Of a stretch of DNA of 64,000 bases, positions 22,543 to 35,682 are shown in pieces (position 1 is the first letter of the stretch; each line of letters starts with the position of its first letter). Under the pieces are notes generated by a model. That model ran no database searches and was not told where the DNA came from. It worked only from the letters and a program-made list of their open reading frames with translations. Position numbers and translations under genes: made by a program. The DNA comes from an uncultured Nitrososphaeraceae archaeon (lineage in GTDB: Archaea; Thermoproteota; Nitrososphaeria; Nitrososphaerales; Nitrososphaeraceae). The DNA lies in contig CAWGVG010000012.1 in the NCBI GenBank assembly GCA_963825865.1, positions 10,584 through 74,583 of the forward strand, read 5' to 3'.

Positions 22543-24199
22543 GTGCATATCAGTCAGAATATTCCTTATAGAACTATTTTCATATTCTTATTAGTTATAC
22601 CTGGCATACTAACAGCATTTACTCATCTCTGGAATCCTGTAGGATTTCCGTATGGTCCATCTAATGATGAGGGGATATACATACGTAGGGCTATGCATGT
22701 ATTGATTGGTCAAGGTCCTCAAGAATCACTCCTTTACGATCATCCATATTTTGGACAACTCTTTTTGGCAGGTATATTTGAGATAATTGGTTATCCTAAT
22801 TCATTAAAGCCATCTGTTGGCGATGTACATTCAATCGAGATGCTTTATCTTGTCCCGAGAATATTGATGGGAATACTTGCTGTATTTGATACTTTTCTTA
22901 TATACAAGATAGCGGAGATATGTTACAACAGAAACGTGGCATTTATTGCATCTATTCTATTTGCAGTCATGCCAATAACAACTTGGCTCTTAAGAAGGGT
23001 ATGGTTAGAACCTATTCAGCTGCCTTTTATTTTATCTTCAATATTATTTGCTGTTTATTATACAAAAGATTCTGCAAGAAATGATAGAAATAAAAATAGG
23101 AAAAGAATTCTACCAATTTTACTTTCAGGTATTTTTTTGGGATTGGCTATCTTTACAAAAATTCCAGCATTTACACTGATTACATTAGTTGGATTTCTAA
23201 TCTATCAAAATAATAATAGAAACTTGAAGACATTGGGATTATGGTTTATTCCTGTTATTTTGATACCGCTAATTTGGCCCGCATATGCCACGTATAGTGG
23301 TCACTTCGATCTATGGTTGAATGGAGTATTATGGCAGACACATCGGGGAGTTCAAACATTATTTTACAGTTTAAAATACGATTTTCAGATTGATCCAGTT
23401 TTATTATTGCTTGGTATTGCTAGTTTGGTTTTTGTAGCAATAAAAAGAGATCTCTTTCTTTTGCTATGGACTATTCCATTTTTGATCTTCCTCTATGTTA
23501 TTGGATTTGTCTCACAGTGGCATTTCATTCCAATTTTACCAGCAGCCTGTATAGCAGCAGCTAGATTGATAGAAGATTTGTTAAACAGAATTAGAAACAA
23601 AAAGATACGGAAAGTATTACCATTTATTATAATTTCAGGAATTGCAATTTTTGGCTTGTCAAGTACTACTATTATGATAGCAACAAGTGATAATTCATCG
23701 TACTTTGAGGCAATCGCGTTTGTTGTGCAATATCTACACGATGATAATAATAACAAAATAACTGTAATCTCAAATCCATTTTATTCATGGGTACCTCTGG
23801 ATGTATTCCATTTAAATGAGGATTACTATGTCGATTATTATAATGATATAATACCCCTCAAAACCGAAAAAGCTCTTTTGACAGTAGACCCACCTATGAT
23901 AGATAGATTATCACATCATCAAGGCAGCTAAACCAATACAAAAGATTTATAGCTCTAATAGCACAAAGAGGATAGCAATATTTGGAGGAAACGGTTATAA
24001 TAAATACGAGCAAGTATTCATTTACATATATGATAACAGTGTTACTGCATTCAATGACAAAGGAGTAGCTCTTGCTAAACTAGGAAAGTACAACGAATCT
24101 ATTCTGTTTTTTGATAAAGCTTTAGCAATAAATCCTAATGATGTTTATGCATTGAATAATAAAAATTCTGCTCTCGTATCGTTAGGCAAAACAAAATAA
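22543..24199 (+). CDS. GT-C fold glycosyltransferase (PMT/ArnT-like); C-terminal TPR separated by a frameshift near 23930
   Basis: NDEGIY, YDHPYFGQ, LAIFTK, many TM helices; downstream KGVALAKLGKYNESILFFDKALAINP. Confidence 0.82.
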
Positions 24200-25200
24200 T
24201 ACATGATGGGAAAAAAATTATAAATGAAAAAATAAAAATGATCTGCTGAGAGGAGTTACCATAATATATATGTTATAGCCTGTTTTTAGTTACCATTTTT
24301 AGTAACAAAAGACCATTACAATTATAATAATCAATGAGTAAAGTCATGTTTTGAGTAATTAGAATTAACGCCACACCTACAGATCTAAAGAATTAAGAAA
24401 CTGAAGAAGGTCTTTTTTTATCTAAGAACTGACGTTGTTAAATAATATATGAGTTGGTCAACTCTTCAGGTTAATGTGTAAGTAAAAAGGACCAAAAGGC
24501 ATGATGAAGAGAACGGTTGTTGTTGTTGTTGTTACCTCTGCTGCTGTCAGCTAGACTTGCTCTACACACCTATCCATTTAAAAGCTACAATTGCCAGTTT
24601 AAATCGCCTATTCAAATAGCCCACTAGGCGAATTTATAGTCCTAACTTTTCTGAGGATTGTTTTGTCACCATCGGTGCAGGAGAATACAAGAACTGTACC
24701 TGGACAAACATGCGAGTAGGGGCCGTAACTAAATTCACTGCGAATAAATAGCGAAATTGGTAATTTCCTAGACATTATTATGATTAACTATTAAAAGGCC
24801 GTAGCAAATCTTTTTGGAATAGCTTGTTGTTTTTGGTGTTCTTTACATCTTGATATTGTAAATAAGGTTGGTCTAGCCTCTATGCGCCCAAGTCATTGAT
24901 TAGATTAGATTCCTTCGTGAATTTTTTAAAACATCTTAAAGTCTTGGGCACATATTTTGTGTTGATTATTATTTGCAAACGACTCGGCCCATTACAATAT
25001 TGACGCTTTCCCATGTATTCTCCTGTTGTTTTCCGTTAGCCTGGCATGACTATTAACAAGTCAAGTAACTCGTCAAAACTGAAATACGATGATAAAATCA
25101 TATAGAGACAGTAAGAGGAAGGAGAAAATGATAATGTTGCTACGATCTTTATTTACTCCTTGTCGCCGCTGGCCTTTATAGCAACAGTAGCAAAAAACCA

Positions 25201-26166
25201 CTAACCAACGAAAAGTAAGTAAGCCGTTAGCAACCCCTCCACTACTAGACTGCTATTTGCATTCAATTTATCTTCTAAAGCATCAGCAAGGGATTTCTTG
25301 GGATATTCCTGCTTTTCTATTCTAATCCTTCTTTTACCATCTTTCCAATCTTTAGAGTATGTGGTGATTAATGCATGCTGCCCAACTTCCCAACTTGTGT
25401 AAATTTTTTCTCCTTCATAAGTTATTAAAGCGTCAGCACCTAAATGCCACATAGTCACACTCCAAGTCATGTGATCTGGTATAGCGGGATTCAAAATGTC
25501 ACCTGCTTTATGATCATTATTAGTACATTCCTCTCTCAACTTGGAAAGACGTTCTTCTATAACTGCAAGAGCTTCTGATAGCCTGATAACTCCATGGGTA
25601 TCTACTGCAACAGGACAAAAAGAGCATCCTATTACTATGCTAACAGTATCTGTTGGCTGAACAGTCGCCATAATATCAAGATCTCTTATCTTACAAGGCC
25701 ATGGTGGTAATCGAATCCCGTTATTGCCGGGGTCAGGTTTATGATGAGGAGCAAGAATCGACCAAATTCCATCTGCTTTAAAAGTTAAGCGAATATCATG
25801 TAATGATCTTCCTCCAAGGGGAAGGTTCTGAATAATCCTATAGACTGGGTCATTTGAGAGATGTCGATATCTCTGTTGGTAATGAAGAGGAGATAAGATG
25901 ACCCCTGTATGGTATCCTGTCATTGGTTCTTCTGTAGACTCTTGTTCTTTGAGAGTATAGAAGGCCTGAGGTGAATAACAAACAACTTGTATTTTTCCAC
26001 AATCAAGCATGCCTGAAATCTTATTACGAAAAGTCCCATGTACAATTGAGTAGCTTTGTCCATCTACCTTAAACTTAGGAACAAAGTCACAATAGGAGAA
26101 TGATCTATTTTCCTCATGCACTATCTGAGTTATTCGTTTCCACAATGCAGAATCAAGATCACTCAA
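25201..26166 (-). CDS. Mobile-element protein: N-terminal wHTH-like region plus possible Rep_trans-like domain
   Basis: Intact 321-aa ORF near the integrase; motifs LHDIRLTF, TMWHLGAD, TYSK, RIEKQ (function is inference). Confidence 0.55.
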   Translation of the reverse strand: MSDLDSALWKRITQIVHEENRSFSYCDFVPKFKVDGQSYSIVHGTFRNKISGMLDCGKIQVVCYSPQAFYTLKEQESTEEPMTGYHTGVILSPLHYQQRYRHLSNDPVYRIIQNLPLGGRSLHDIRLTFKADGIWSILAPHHKPDPGNNGIRLPPWPCKIRDLDIMATVQPTDTVSIVIGCSFCPVAVDTHGVIRLSEALAVIEERLSKLREECTNNDHKAGDILNPAIPDHMTWSVTMWHLGADALITYEGEKIYTSWEVGQHALITTYSKDWKDGKRRIRIEKQEYPKKSLADALEDKLNANSSLVVEGLLTAYLLFVG

Positions 26167-26384
26167 TATTTTTGTTGCACCTTGTTTTTGTATTTTAGTT
26201 CTATAATCAAAGAAGTATTATGACGATGACGATGATGATACTTGTCATTGTCATCGTGGGTATCATGATATAACTTCGACTCTCGAAATCCAGCATGTAT
26301 CTTTGCCAGTATGCGTAAAGTAAAAGAAGAATTAAAATTATTTTTAATCTTTTGTGTATTTGGCTTATCTAGCATTTCTATTTC

Positions 26385-27400
26385 TTGGTCTCTGTAAGGA
26401 CATCGGATCGGATTCTGCACGTTTCAGTATACCGCTATTATCATCTCATTATTGCTCCTGTAGAAGAAAAAAAGAAGAGAGTAGAGAAAGGAGAAGGCGA
26501 AGAAGAAAAGAATGATTACAAAAAGTATGAACTTTCACTAATAGGTGTCCTGTTAATGCTAGCAATAAGAAGCTTCACCATACGCTACAAGTTAAATATT
26601 CAATCTTCTGCCAACTTCAGTTATAACAAAATAGCATCAAATTACAAAGAAAAACTCCCACTTATTTTCGGAAAATGGCAATTGTTGAAAGGCGTCTTGG
26701 ACTTTCATTTTTTTCCTTCTATATTTGATTATTTATTTCTTAATAAATCTGAGATTTTGTCATTGCCAGTCTTACTTGGTGGAAATAAGGAAATTCATGA
26801 CAATGTTAGATCATCTGCTTTAAGTATAATTAACAAATTCTTTGTGATCTACGACGAAGGCATTTCAGCAATAGAATCTGATGAGTGTCCTAAAGAATTT
26901 CTAATGAGCAAGTATTATCAGTTTATGCAAGACAAATTAAAGGAAATTGAAGTATTAGTTAGATACACCGACCTTGAATCCTTTGCTAAACATATGGCAA
27001 GCAAGAAAAGAAGACCAAAACAAAACGTACCTCTTGTATCACTTACTTTCAAAGATATACCTTCCTATACGCTAGATAAATTATATACAAAAAATATGGA
27101 ACAAGAAAATTTTCACCTTAGAAAATGATCTGCATCTTATAGAAAACACATTATCGGATGAATTTCACTTTTTGTTCTATATAGGGCTACTTAGAGACAA
27201 TAATCACAAAGCTTCGGATTATCCTCTTACCACTGGGTTTATCAGGCCTAATCCCAACTCACTTTATCCTACAGATTTTTTAATGCAGATAGTCAACAGC
27301 GATGATAATATTCGTACCAATTGACAGAATGGATAAAAGAAGCTACAATCTATCAAAAATTAGCATGGAGAAGATGAACGAAATTTATTTGAAGATAAAT
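26385..27400 (+). pseudogene. Hypothetical protein, 5'-truncated and frameshifted
   Basis: 247-aa ORF continuing in another frame after 27128 (ENDLHLIENTLSDEF). Confidence 0.5.
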
Positions 27401-27730
27401 AATACACGAAGTATAAATGCATAATGCATGCAGCCAATGAAATCATTACTCTTATCCAATGTCATGCCAAGGCCTGATGATGTAGGACTTCACTTACCTA
27501 TGTAGTTTATTGGAAATACTAAAACAAGATGAACGCAGAGTAATTTGGATCTTGAGTAAAAGATTTAGTGACTTACCAAGAAGAAGCATGCAGATTTTAT
27601 AATGAAGCAAACTTTGCATCTTGTGTGTATTCCCTATGCAAAATAGACTAAGAAGATACTTTCAATAATCCTTGTTCTTCCAATGTCTTCTTTAGTGCCA
27701 GTAGAGGCTGCAATTCTTTACGTAGCAAAA

Positions 27731-28700
27731 TTACTTCATCCTTGTCCCTTTCCAATATATCATTACGGTACTTAATTTCGTTATATTAATTGCCTGCATT
27801 CGTGAAAGTTCGCAACGAGTCTTGAACCATTTTCGTAAGCCATGATCTGTTTGAAATTCGTGGCGTCTCTTACCTTCTTCTAACTTCTTCCTAAGTCCCT
27901 GTGTCCAAAGTGCATCTTCCATGAGCCTCTTAACACCACTAGATTTCAGTTTTTTAGGAGCAGTCACAAGACCCTTCATATAACCTCTCTTTGTATCCCA
28001 TATGTTTCGCATAACCCAACTTTGAGTGTCAATCGTCTCTCCTGATTCCTTGCGATAAATCATCCATTTGTTTAACTCATGATATGATTCTGGAGTAACG
28101 AAACTGAAATATTCTTCCTCACTACCAGCATAAACAGATATTTTTGCAGCAACTACCTGTCCATTTCTTTCTATTGGAGTTATATGACTCCATCGTAGAT
28201 AATCCCACGCACCAACACGAATACCAGATGAGACCATAGTAAAAACAATGGCCTTAATTCTTCTATCAGGATATTCAATTACCCTACGAATTTCTTCTAT
28301 GGTAGGAGCACGATCCTCAGCGTACTTCCTTCCTCTAGGTAAACCCCTTGTAATTTTCTTCCAGGGAATCAATATGTCGTTCATTTCGCAGAATAGTTTG
28401 ATTGATTTAACGTAGTTACGAATGGTGGCCCCTGTAATCTCCTTTCTTTCTACTCTTTCTTTATAGACTTGCAGGAATTTTCGAACATTGTTTAGTGTCC
28501 AAATGTTATCATTCTTTGCGATATCATAGAAAGCTTCTGCAGCGTTCCTGTATGGTATTTCCCTGAATATTGACGAATCGAAAAAACCTATCAAGTCTGG
28601 TCGTATACTTTTCCCTAGTTTGGGGTGCGTTCATCGCAAAGATGAAAATCGAATAAGGATCTTCTGATCCATAATCTTGGTATCTATACAATCTTTTTCT
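27731..28700 (-). pseudogene. Tyrosine recombinase/integrase, truncated before the catalytic Tyr
   Basis: SSGIR and HGLRKWFKT present; the second His/Tyr segment is replaced by unrelated sequence; frameshifted 5' part DPYSIFIFAMNAP. Confidence 0.88.
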
Positions 28701-28746
28701 ATCACTTTTTATTTATTTGAGAACCCTAATAAAGGAGTGATATCAA

Positions 28747-28761
28747 TGCGGGCTCGAAGGG
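28747..28761 (-). other. Possible att remnant (tRNA 3'-end-like sequence)
   Basis: Minus strand CCCTTCGAGCCCGCA just upstream of the integrase; resembles the 3' T-stem and acceptor strand of an archaeal tRNA. Confidence 0.45.
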
Positions 28762-29159
28762 CTTGGTGACGATATCGGTGCTAAAAGTGGATTTTACTTT
28801 AATATAGTAATATTAGGGCTAGCTTTAAAGTTTTCTGCTTCAACAAGTTATCACCTCTCCTTTTGTAGCAGCGGAAATTGATATACATAACAGGATTTGG
28901 AAGTGTGGCTCTTTTATCATCTGAATTATTTCCAGCCTAATTCTCCCACCATGATATAAATAATCTTAATTCTGTACGTTGAATGGACTTGGTGCCACAA
29001 GGAGACATTTCAGGATCTATTCCTATACCTGTATCCTTTCTCTAATTTGTTTTGTACTCTTCCCTTACACTTGCTAAAACTGTAATTTACAAACAAGTCA
29101 AATAACACTATAGATAACAAATAACCACTTTCTCCATAAACATTTAGTCGTTAGATAAT

Positions 29160-30115
29160 TTATTTACTCAGGGTGTCTTCATATCCCTGTTGAATTAATT
29201 TGCTTATTGTTTCTGAGGTAAAATCAGCAAGTTTTCCTGAGATACTATCACTATCGTCTCTACGTTGTATTTGAACTACTTTAACTATCTTGAATGTATC
29301 CTTAAGTATATCAATATATTTCTTGTACTGTTGAGTATTAAATTGTCTCGGTGTATATTCATCTAATATTTTGTTAATTTTCTCCTTTATTGTCTCATCA
29401 TTATCTCCAAGACTAATCAACCTTTCAATCAAATTTACGTAGTCTGTAAGAAGTCCATCTGTTTTTGCATCATATCCATCACTAAGTTTTATATCTATAT
29501 GTCTATCTCTAACTCCATCAAAATCTTGAGGTACAATATCTCCTCCGGTATTGCTATCATTTTCCTTGGGATTCAATATATTTACTATGTACAACTCTAA
29601 ATCAGGAATCCTTTGCATCTGCTCTTGTGATTTCTTGTACTCATTTGAATTATCTATCTTACTTCCAATTTTTTTAAAGGAATTCTCAAGATTTTGAGAA
29701 CCTATCATCTTTTCCCAAAACTTTTTGTGTCCTTCTAACAGTTCTCTAATTGGAATATTACTTAGTAATCCGCCATCCCAGAACTTACGCCCTTCTATCT
29801 CTTCATAAGCACAGACTTCAGGCAAGGTTGAACTTGCCATTAAATGTTTGATACCAATACCTTCATTGTATTTGATAATAACAGGTTTTCCTAATAAAGA
29901 ATCACCGTATTCTGTTTCTCTTCTTCCTTGCTCCTTCTCATACTGTCAAATGTGACTGTTGTCCCTTCTGCTGCATCAACACTAATTACAAGTAATCTTG
30001 GTTCTCCTTTCTCAAAACTAGTTGCAATAGGGAATTTAGCAAATTCTTCTATGCTCTTTCTTAATGGTTGGTTGTCATAGACAAGCCATGGGTTTTGTGA
30101 ATCACAAAATCTCTT
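29160..30115 (-). pseudogene. Patatin-like phospholipase, C-terminal part
   Basis: FWDGGLLSN (DGG motif), PRLLVISVDA; N-terminal GxSxG region absent. Confidence 0.8.
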
Positions 30116-30339
30116 ATTTGCTGTTATCTATTAGAAGATTAGTTAGAACGAGTAGTATAAGATTTCTCAAACCATAATTATCAGTAGAAATAATAACGTA
30201 GAACTAGGTTCTAGAACAAGGTGACATCTATTTCTGAAGATGTAATTGAAGATGTGATGGATTCATTCTATCCAAATGGCACATTTAACCAACGTGGCCT
30301 TCTTCAATGTATAATAATAGAGCATCATGAATTAGAGAC

Positions 30340-32145
30340 ATGACAGTATTCGGTGATATAGGTTCAGTATTTACAGTACCATGGAATCCGAATACCGCTA
30401 TCTGGATAGTAATTTCGGGTATAATAGGTGGCATAGTTACTCAGGTTTTCAAGTTTGTATTTGAGCAGACTATTCCAGAGTGGCAAAGAAAAAAGGCCAC
30501 AAGAATTGCAATCGAAAAATACCAATCTCCAATTTATCAATCAGCTTTTACACTTTCAAATACAATCAAAAAGATTCTAGATGATACTAGCATAATAAAT
30601 ATTCAAGAATCTTCGACTTAGCATACTATATGACTTTGGTTGTTTTTTTGGTTGGAATCCAAATTCTTATGAATGAAACTTCTCTTGAAACGGTAGATAG
30701 GCCAAATAAGATGAAGCATGTTTGGGCAAAATATTATTATCATCTGACTCAATTATTAAACAACGTTACATCTGACTATCATTATCTTCTGCCACATGTA
30801 AAAGACGTTTCTTTAGAAATCATAAATTCGCTTGTCATACCCCGTTGGTCTTTAAGTGCTCTTGGTGAGTTAATGATTGTTCGGAATAAAGAAAAGAATA
30901 ATTCTTCGTCAAGTATCATTAGTATAGTCGACTTTATTCAAAATTATCAACAGTCTGATGACTTTAGAAAATGTTTTAGATATATAGACAACATAATTTC
31001 CGGAATAGAGAAATCAAAATTAAATGCTCAATGGAACATTCTTTTTGCACTTCAAGTGGAAATTCTTTTATTTGTTTTTAAGCAGCTTAAGAAGGATGAC
31101 GTTATCCCAAATCAATGGATCCCCTCGACAATCAAACTAATAGACTCTAAAATTTTATGGATGCCGTGTAAAATTAAGAAATATTTACGTATTTTTCAAA
31201 TGTTAATCAATACTTATCGTATGGATCGTTTTACATTTAGACTAATAGTGGAGCAGGTGATAGTAAAAAGAGGACAGTTTGCTTATCATAGTAAAAAGGA
31301 TGATGAAAACCATATAGCTGAGGACGAACAATTCACAGTCCAGGATCCTGTTAAGATAAGTATCATGAACAATGACAACTTAAAATATAATACAATGTAT
31401 TTTCCCAGAAAATATCCAAATTCCACAAAGTTTTTTATCGAACACGGCAATAGCGAACTTACAAAGCTCACTGTTGCAGAAATGTTGTCACCTTATCTTA
31501 GTGTACGCTATTTACATGAAGAAGTCCTCTCTCGACTAATTCATAGACTGGATATTGAAGGTTATTTAGAGATAATAAATAAACCATATTATGATTATCT
31601 ATCGGCACTCGACAAATTACTTAATCTGCGTGATGGAGATTCTGAGATATGGAATAAGAGAGGTACCCTTTGTGCTTGTTTAGAAAGCCTCGTCAGTAGA
31701 AGTCAACAGACTATAACAACAGTCAGCAATAAGCAAGGACGCAAAAAAACCACTATTGAAGGATTTGGCTACGCCAACTATTAGGTGCTATGACGAAGCT
31801 ACAAAGTTGAAACCGGATTACATTGAAGCATGGAATAACAAGGGTTTAGCCTATATGGGTAAATATAGCTATGGAGAAAATAAAAGATTTGATTATGAGG
31901 ATGCGGCAAAATGCTTTGAGAAAGCCTTAGAATATACTGAAAAAGATAACAACGGTATGATTAGCAAACAGGATTTTGCTGATATATATAATAACCTTGG
32001 CATAACAAGTTATGAGTTAGGAGACTATGAAAAATCAATAAAATGCTTTGAGAAAGCCTTACAAATAGATAGCCAATTTAAATTTGCAGATGAAAATAAA
32101 GTCATCATCATTCAAGAATTAGGCAAAAAAAGAAAAATTGTATAA
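30340..32145 (+). pseudogene. Membrane-anchored hypothetical protein with C-terminal TPRs, frameshifted
   Basis: Three consecutive ORFs; AWNNKGLAY and YNNLGITSYELGDYEKSIKCFEKAL TPR motifs. Confidence 0.65.
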
Positions 32146-33574
32146 CTCAAACGACAAAAATATTGTATAAATAATGAAAGTAGTATGCTAAAGTTTACTT
32201 CAAACAACTAACAACCATCTATACCATGAAGCTCAGGCCAGAAATGTTGTCAGGTGTGTGCGATCTTTATAGTATGGAAAGGTGTGCAATGTCCATGCTG
32301 TGGCCGTATACTAAGGACAAAACCTAGACATTATGGCCATGATGCTCTTGGCGCATCAACAACATCACAATGTGTGTATCTTATACATTAAGGGTAGAGA
32401 TCTGAAAAAGCAGTAATTTTACGCACAACAATAAGGAGGGAAGTGTTTTAATTTTATTGAACCGAGAAAAAGGCTTGTTGGTGACTTCACAAATCTCTAC
32501 TAAAGTGTATTATAACATATTAATTTTGAATAAGAGAATCAAACCACTTGACACGGTTGTAAAGAGCAGAGTACATAATCATGCTTGGTATCAGCAACAA
32601 ATTCGTTCACTGTAGATGAGGCGCAGGTAATTTAAGATATGATAAAGAATGGCGATTACAAAATATTTGACTTGACATATACAAAAAGGGTAACTAGGAG
32701 TATTTTATCCTTGACCAGTTCATTTGATTGAATACCTTGGAAATAACATTTTGAACAACTTATGTCATCCAAGCAGCGATGGAACTATAGTAACTCCAAA
32801 TATCAACAAATATACTGGTGTATAAGGTATTGCAATATTATCAACTACGATAGCAGATATAAAATAACTCGTTATTAATATCAAACCAATATAAATTACA
32901 AGAGGTTTCCTTATATCTGAATGCAAAAAGTCGTTTTTTGTTATATATGAATAATCTTCCTCCAGACGTAGTTTTCTTAGTTGAATCAAAAAAATGCGGA
33001 TTATCTATCCATTTTTGACTTCTATCATCTGGCCTCTTTCTGAAGAGAAATCTTAAAGGTAAACAGGTTGGGATTATCTTAGATGATGAGTTGGTATGAC
33101 AAAGACATATACGCTAACCTTCAAGCATGACCACCTGATATTGTTAGAATCACTACTGCTATTATAACAGGAGAAAGCAGAGGATTTTTTTAGAGATAGC
33201 CGACCTGAGAAACCAAGACTTACCAATGAATCAAAAAGGTTAGCAGAGGAGGAATTACGTAATTGCAATGAGGTATTAGAGATATAAGGAAGTCGGTTTA
33301 CGGCGGCGGCGCTGTTAAATAGTTTCTGTCATGACTTTGAAATTTATATAAATGGCCGTTTTCTAGGGACATGAGTTCAGATGAAGCTTTTATAAAATTA
33401 GGTAATAGTGTCAATCCCTTGGTAGAACAAGTGGGCCAACTTAAGACGCTGGCTGGAGATAAAAGTAGGTTTAACTCAACTTACTTTTCAAAGAAGACAA
33501 GTGAAATAGAACACGCATTAAATGAATGTAAACATTTAGGTTTAACTTATATAGAAAGTAAAGAGTTGCTATAA

Positions 33575-34150
33575 ACTATTTCTGACATAAATTCAGAGTT
33601 AATCAATGCGTATGTAGCTGTTAAGGATGACGTTGAAAAATTAATAAAATTACTCATGCAGCATGAAATTGGGTATAGTCAAGCTCCTGAAGAATATTAC
33701 TACAAGTTAAGAAGTTGCTATAGTCTGAGATCTTCTTGTGACAAGATAGAAAGAGCAGCACAGTTCATTACCCTCAATAGAACCTGTTTCAATGGTCTCT
33801 ACAGAGTAAATAGAAAAGGTCAGTTTAATGTTCCATGGGGAAGATACATCAGTCCACCCATTTGCGATAGCAGTAACTTAAGAAATGTTAGTGTTGCTCT
33901 TCATTATATTAACGTAACAATAAAAGCTACTGACTACAAAGAAAAGCTTCTTGAAAATGCAAAAGAAGGTGATTTTATCTATTTGGATCCACCGTATAAT
34001 CCTGTAAATTCAACAGCATATTTTACAAATTACACAAAGTATGGATTTTCAAATAAAGACCAAGAAAAGCTTGCTGAAGTATATAGACAATTAGATGAGA
34101 TGAAGTGTAAAGTAATGTTAACCAATTCTAACACACCTTTAGTTAGGGTG
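33575..34150 (+). pseudogene. Dam-type DNA adenine methyltransferase, internal fragment
   Basis: ISDINSELINAY, LNRTCFNGLYRVN, FIYLDPPY; N-terminal SAM-binding motif and C-terminus missing. Confidence 0.88.
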
Positions 34151-34718
34151 GTCGACTTATATAGGCCACATATCAGCAATTCAGTTCACAAGAGTATTCA
34201 AAGATCACCTCTCAGAGATGCGCTTCCCTCGTGATACCATTCTGCTTGCGAAGAATTAATATACATAAAACACCTTATGCCAAAATGAGTATACGGCATC
34301 GATGATACTTGAACTTAATAAAGATAAAAATTGCATTTATTCCTGTAATTTTGGACTCAAGTAAACGCAACATCAATGATGAAGCTGTGTAGCTGATTTA
34401 TGAAATTGGAAAAAATGGTAAGTTTACATTTTAGGAGCTTCACCGGAAATTGATCCACAGAAAACCATTCCCAAGGAAATATTTAGCCCTTGTGAGTGGT
34501 GATAAGATTCTTTCAAAGCACTTCAGGCATGGGCTAACGCTTTATCTTTCAAGCAAAGCCAGCTCATGAACCTGAGCACGAATTCACCTAGCTACGGCTA
34601 CTGTAGCTTTCTTATCCAAAGGTGTTCGTTAGTAGGATTTGCGTTACCATTTTAGGTATACACCCTGTAACATGCTATCTCTGTAGAGCTCCGTGGCAAA
34701 ATGTTCTTATAGACGTGC

Positions 34719-35682
34719 ATGATTATTAGTGACACAACGGTAAAGCTAACTAAAACTATTATTTCATTAATTGGAGTAGTTTTGTTAATAGCTATAATAG
34801 GTTTTATTAAGACTCCCAGGGTCTATGCACAGGTTGATGAAAAGACTTTTAATATTGCCGCTGTGGGTGACGTTTCCTGTGTAAGCGAGGATACTAAATT
34901 GCATGGTAATGAGACTATATCATCCATAGGACAACACTCAAATGATTTGGTTCTATTTTTAGGGGATCTAGCTTATTCAGGTGGTGATACGCAGTGTTTT
35001 CTTAATATGACTAATGAGCTAGAGAGCAAAGTTGAAAATCATGTATTAATAGCCATAGGAAACCATGACATTGATTCACATGATGGAAATGAGAAAACAA
35101 AAAGACAACTGATAGAAAAATATCACGTTCCTTCTTCTGGATATTATAGCGCTAGTTTTGATAACGGTAATATACTTATTGTAGTGATGAATTATACCGG
35201 AATAGAAGAAGGAAAGGAAAAGGAGCCTCCTGTTACAAGAATCGCCTCAATATAAGTTTGTAAAACAATCATTGGAAAATTCAGCCGCGAGAGTTAAGAT
35301 GGTAACTAGCCATGCACCATTTATGGCCTGCAAGTGTTATGGACAATATACACAACATCAACCGCTGCCTGGCGTTTATGGACTTTATAATCCTTTGTTC
35401 CAGAATACTGGCGTGAGTCTTGTTCTGTCAGGGCATAATCACAACTATCAAAGATATAAGGTTGATAATGTGACTTATCTAACCAATGGATTAGGTGGAA
35501 GAAGTTTTTACCATATACCAAATAACTATGTTGATGAAAATGTACAAAGGATTTTTGACACGGACTTTGGATATGGATTTTCTCAGTTTAATATTAAGGC
35601 GAATACTATCGAGTCCAAATTTATTTCAAATAGTGGTCAGGATACAGATAATTTCGTAATTAATTTGTCTGATAAACGATAA
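34719..35682 (+). pseudogene. Secreted metallophosphoesterase (calcineurin-like), frameshifted
   Basis: AVGD, LGDLAY, GNHD, GHNH; N-terminal hydrophobic signal. Confidence 0.85.

Noticed and set aside
33575-34234. Restriction-modification system
   Set aside because: The methyltransferase is truncated at both ends and no cognate nuclease is recognisable.
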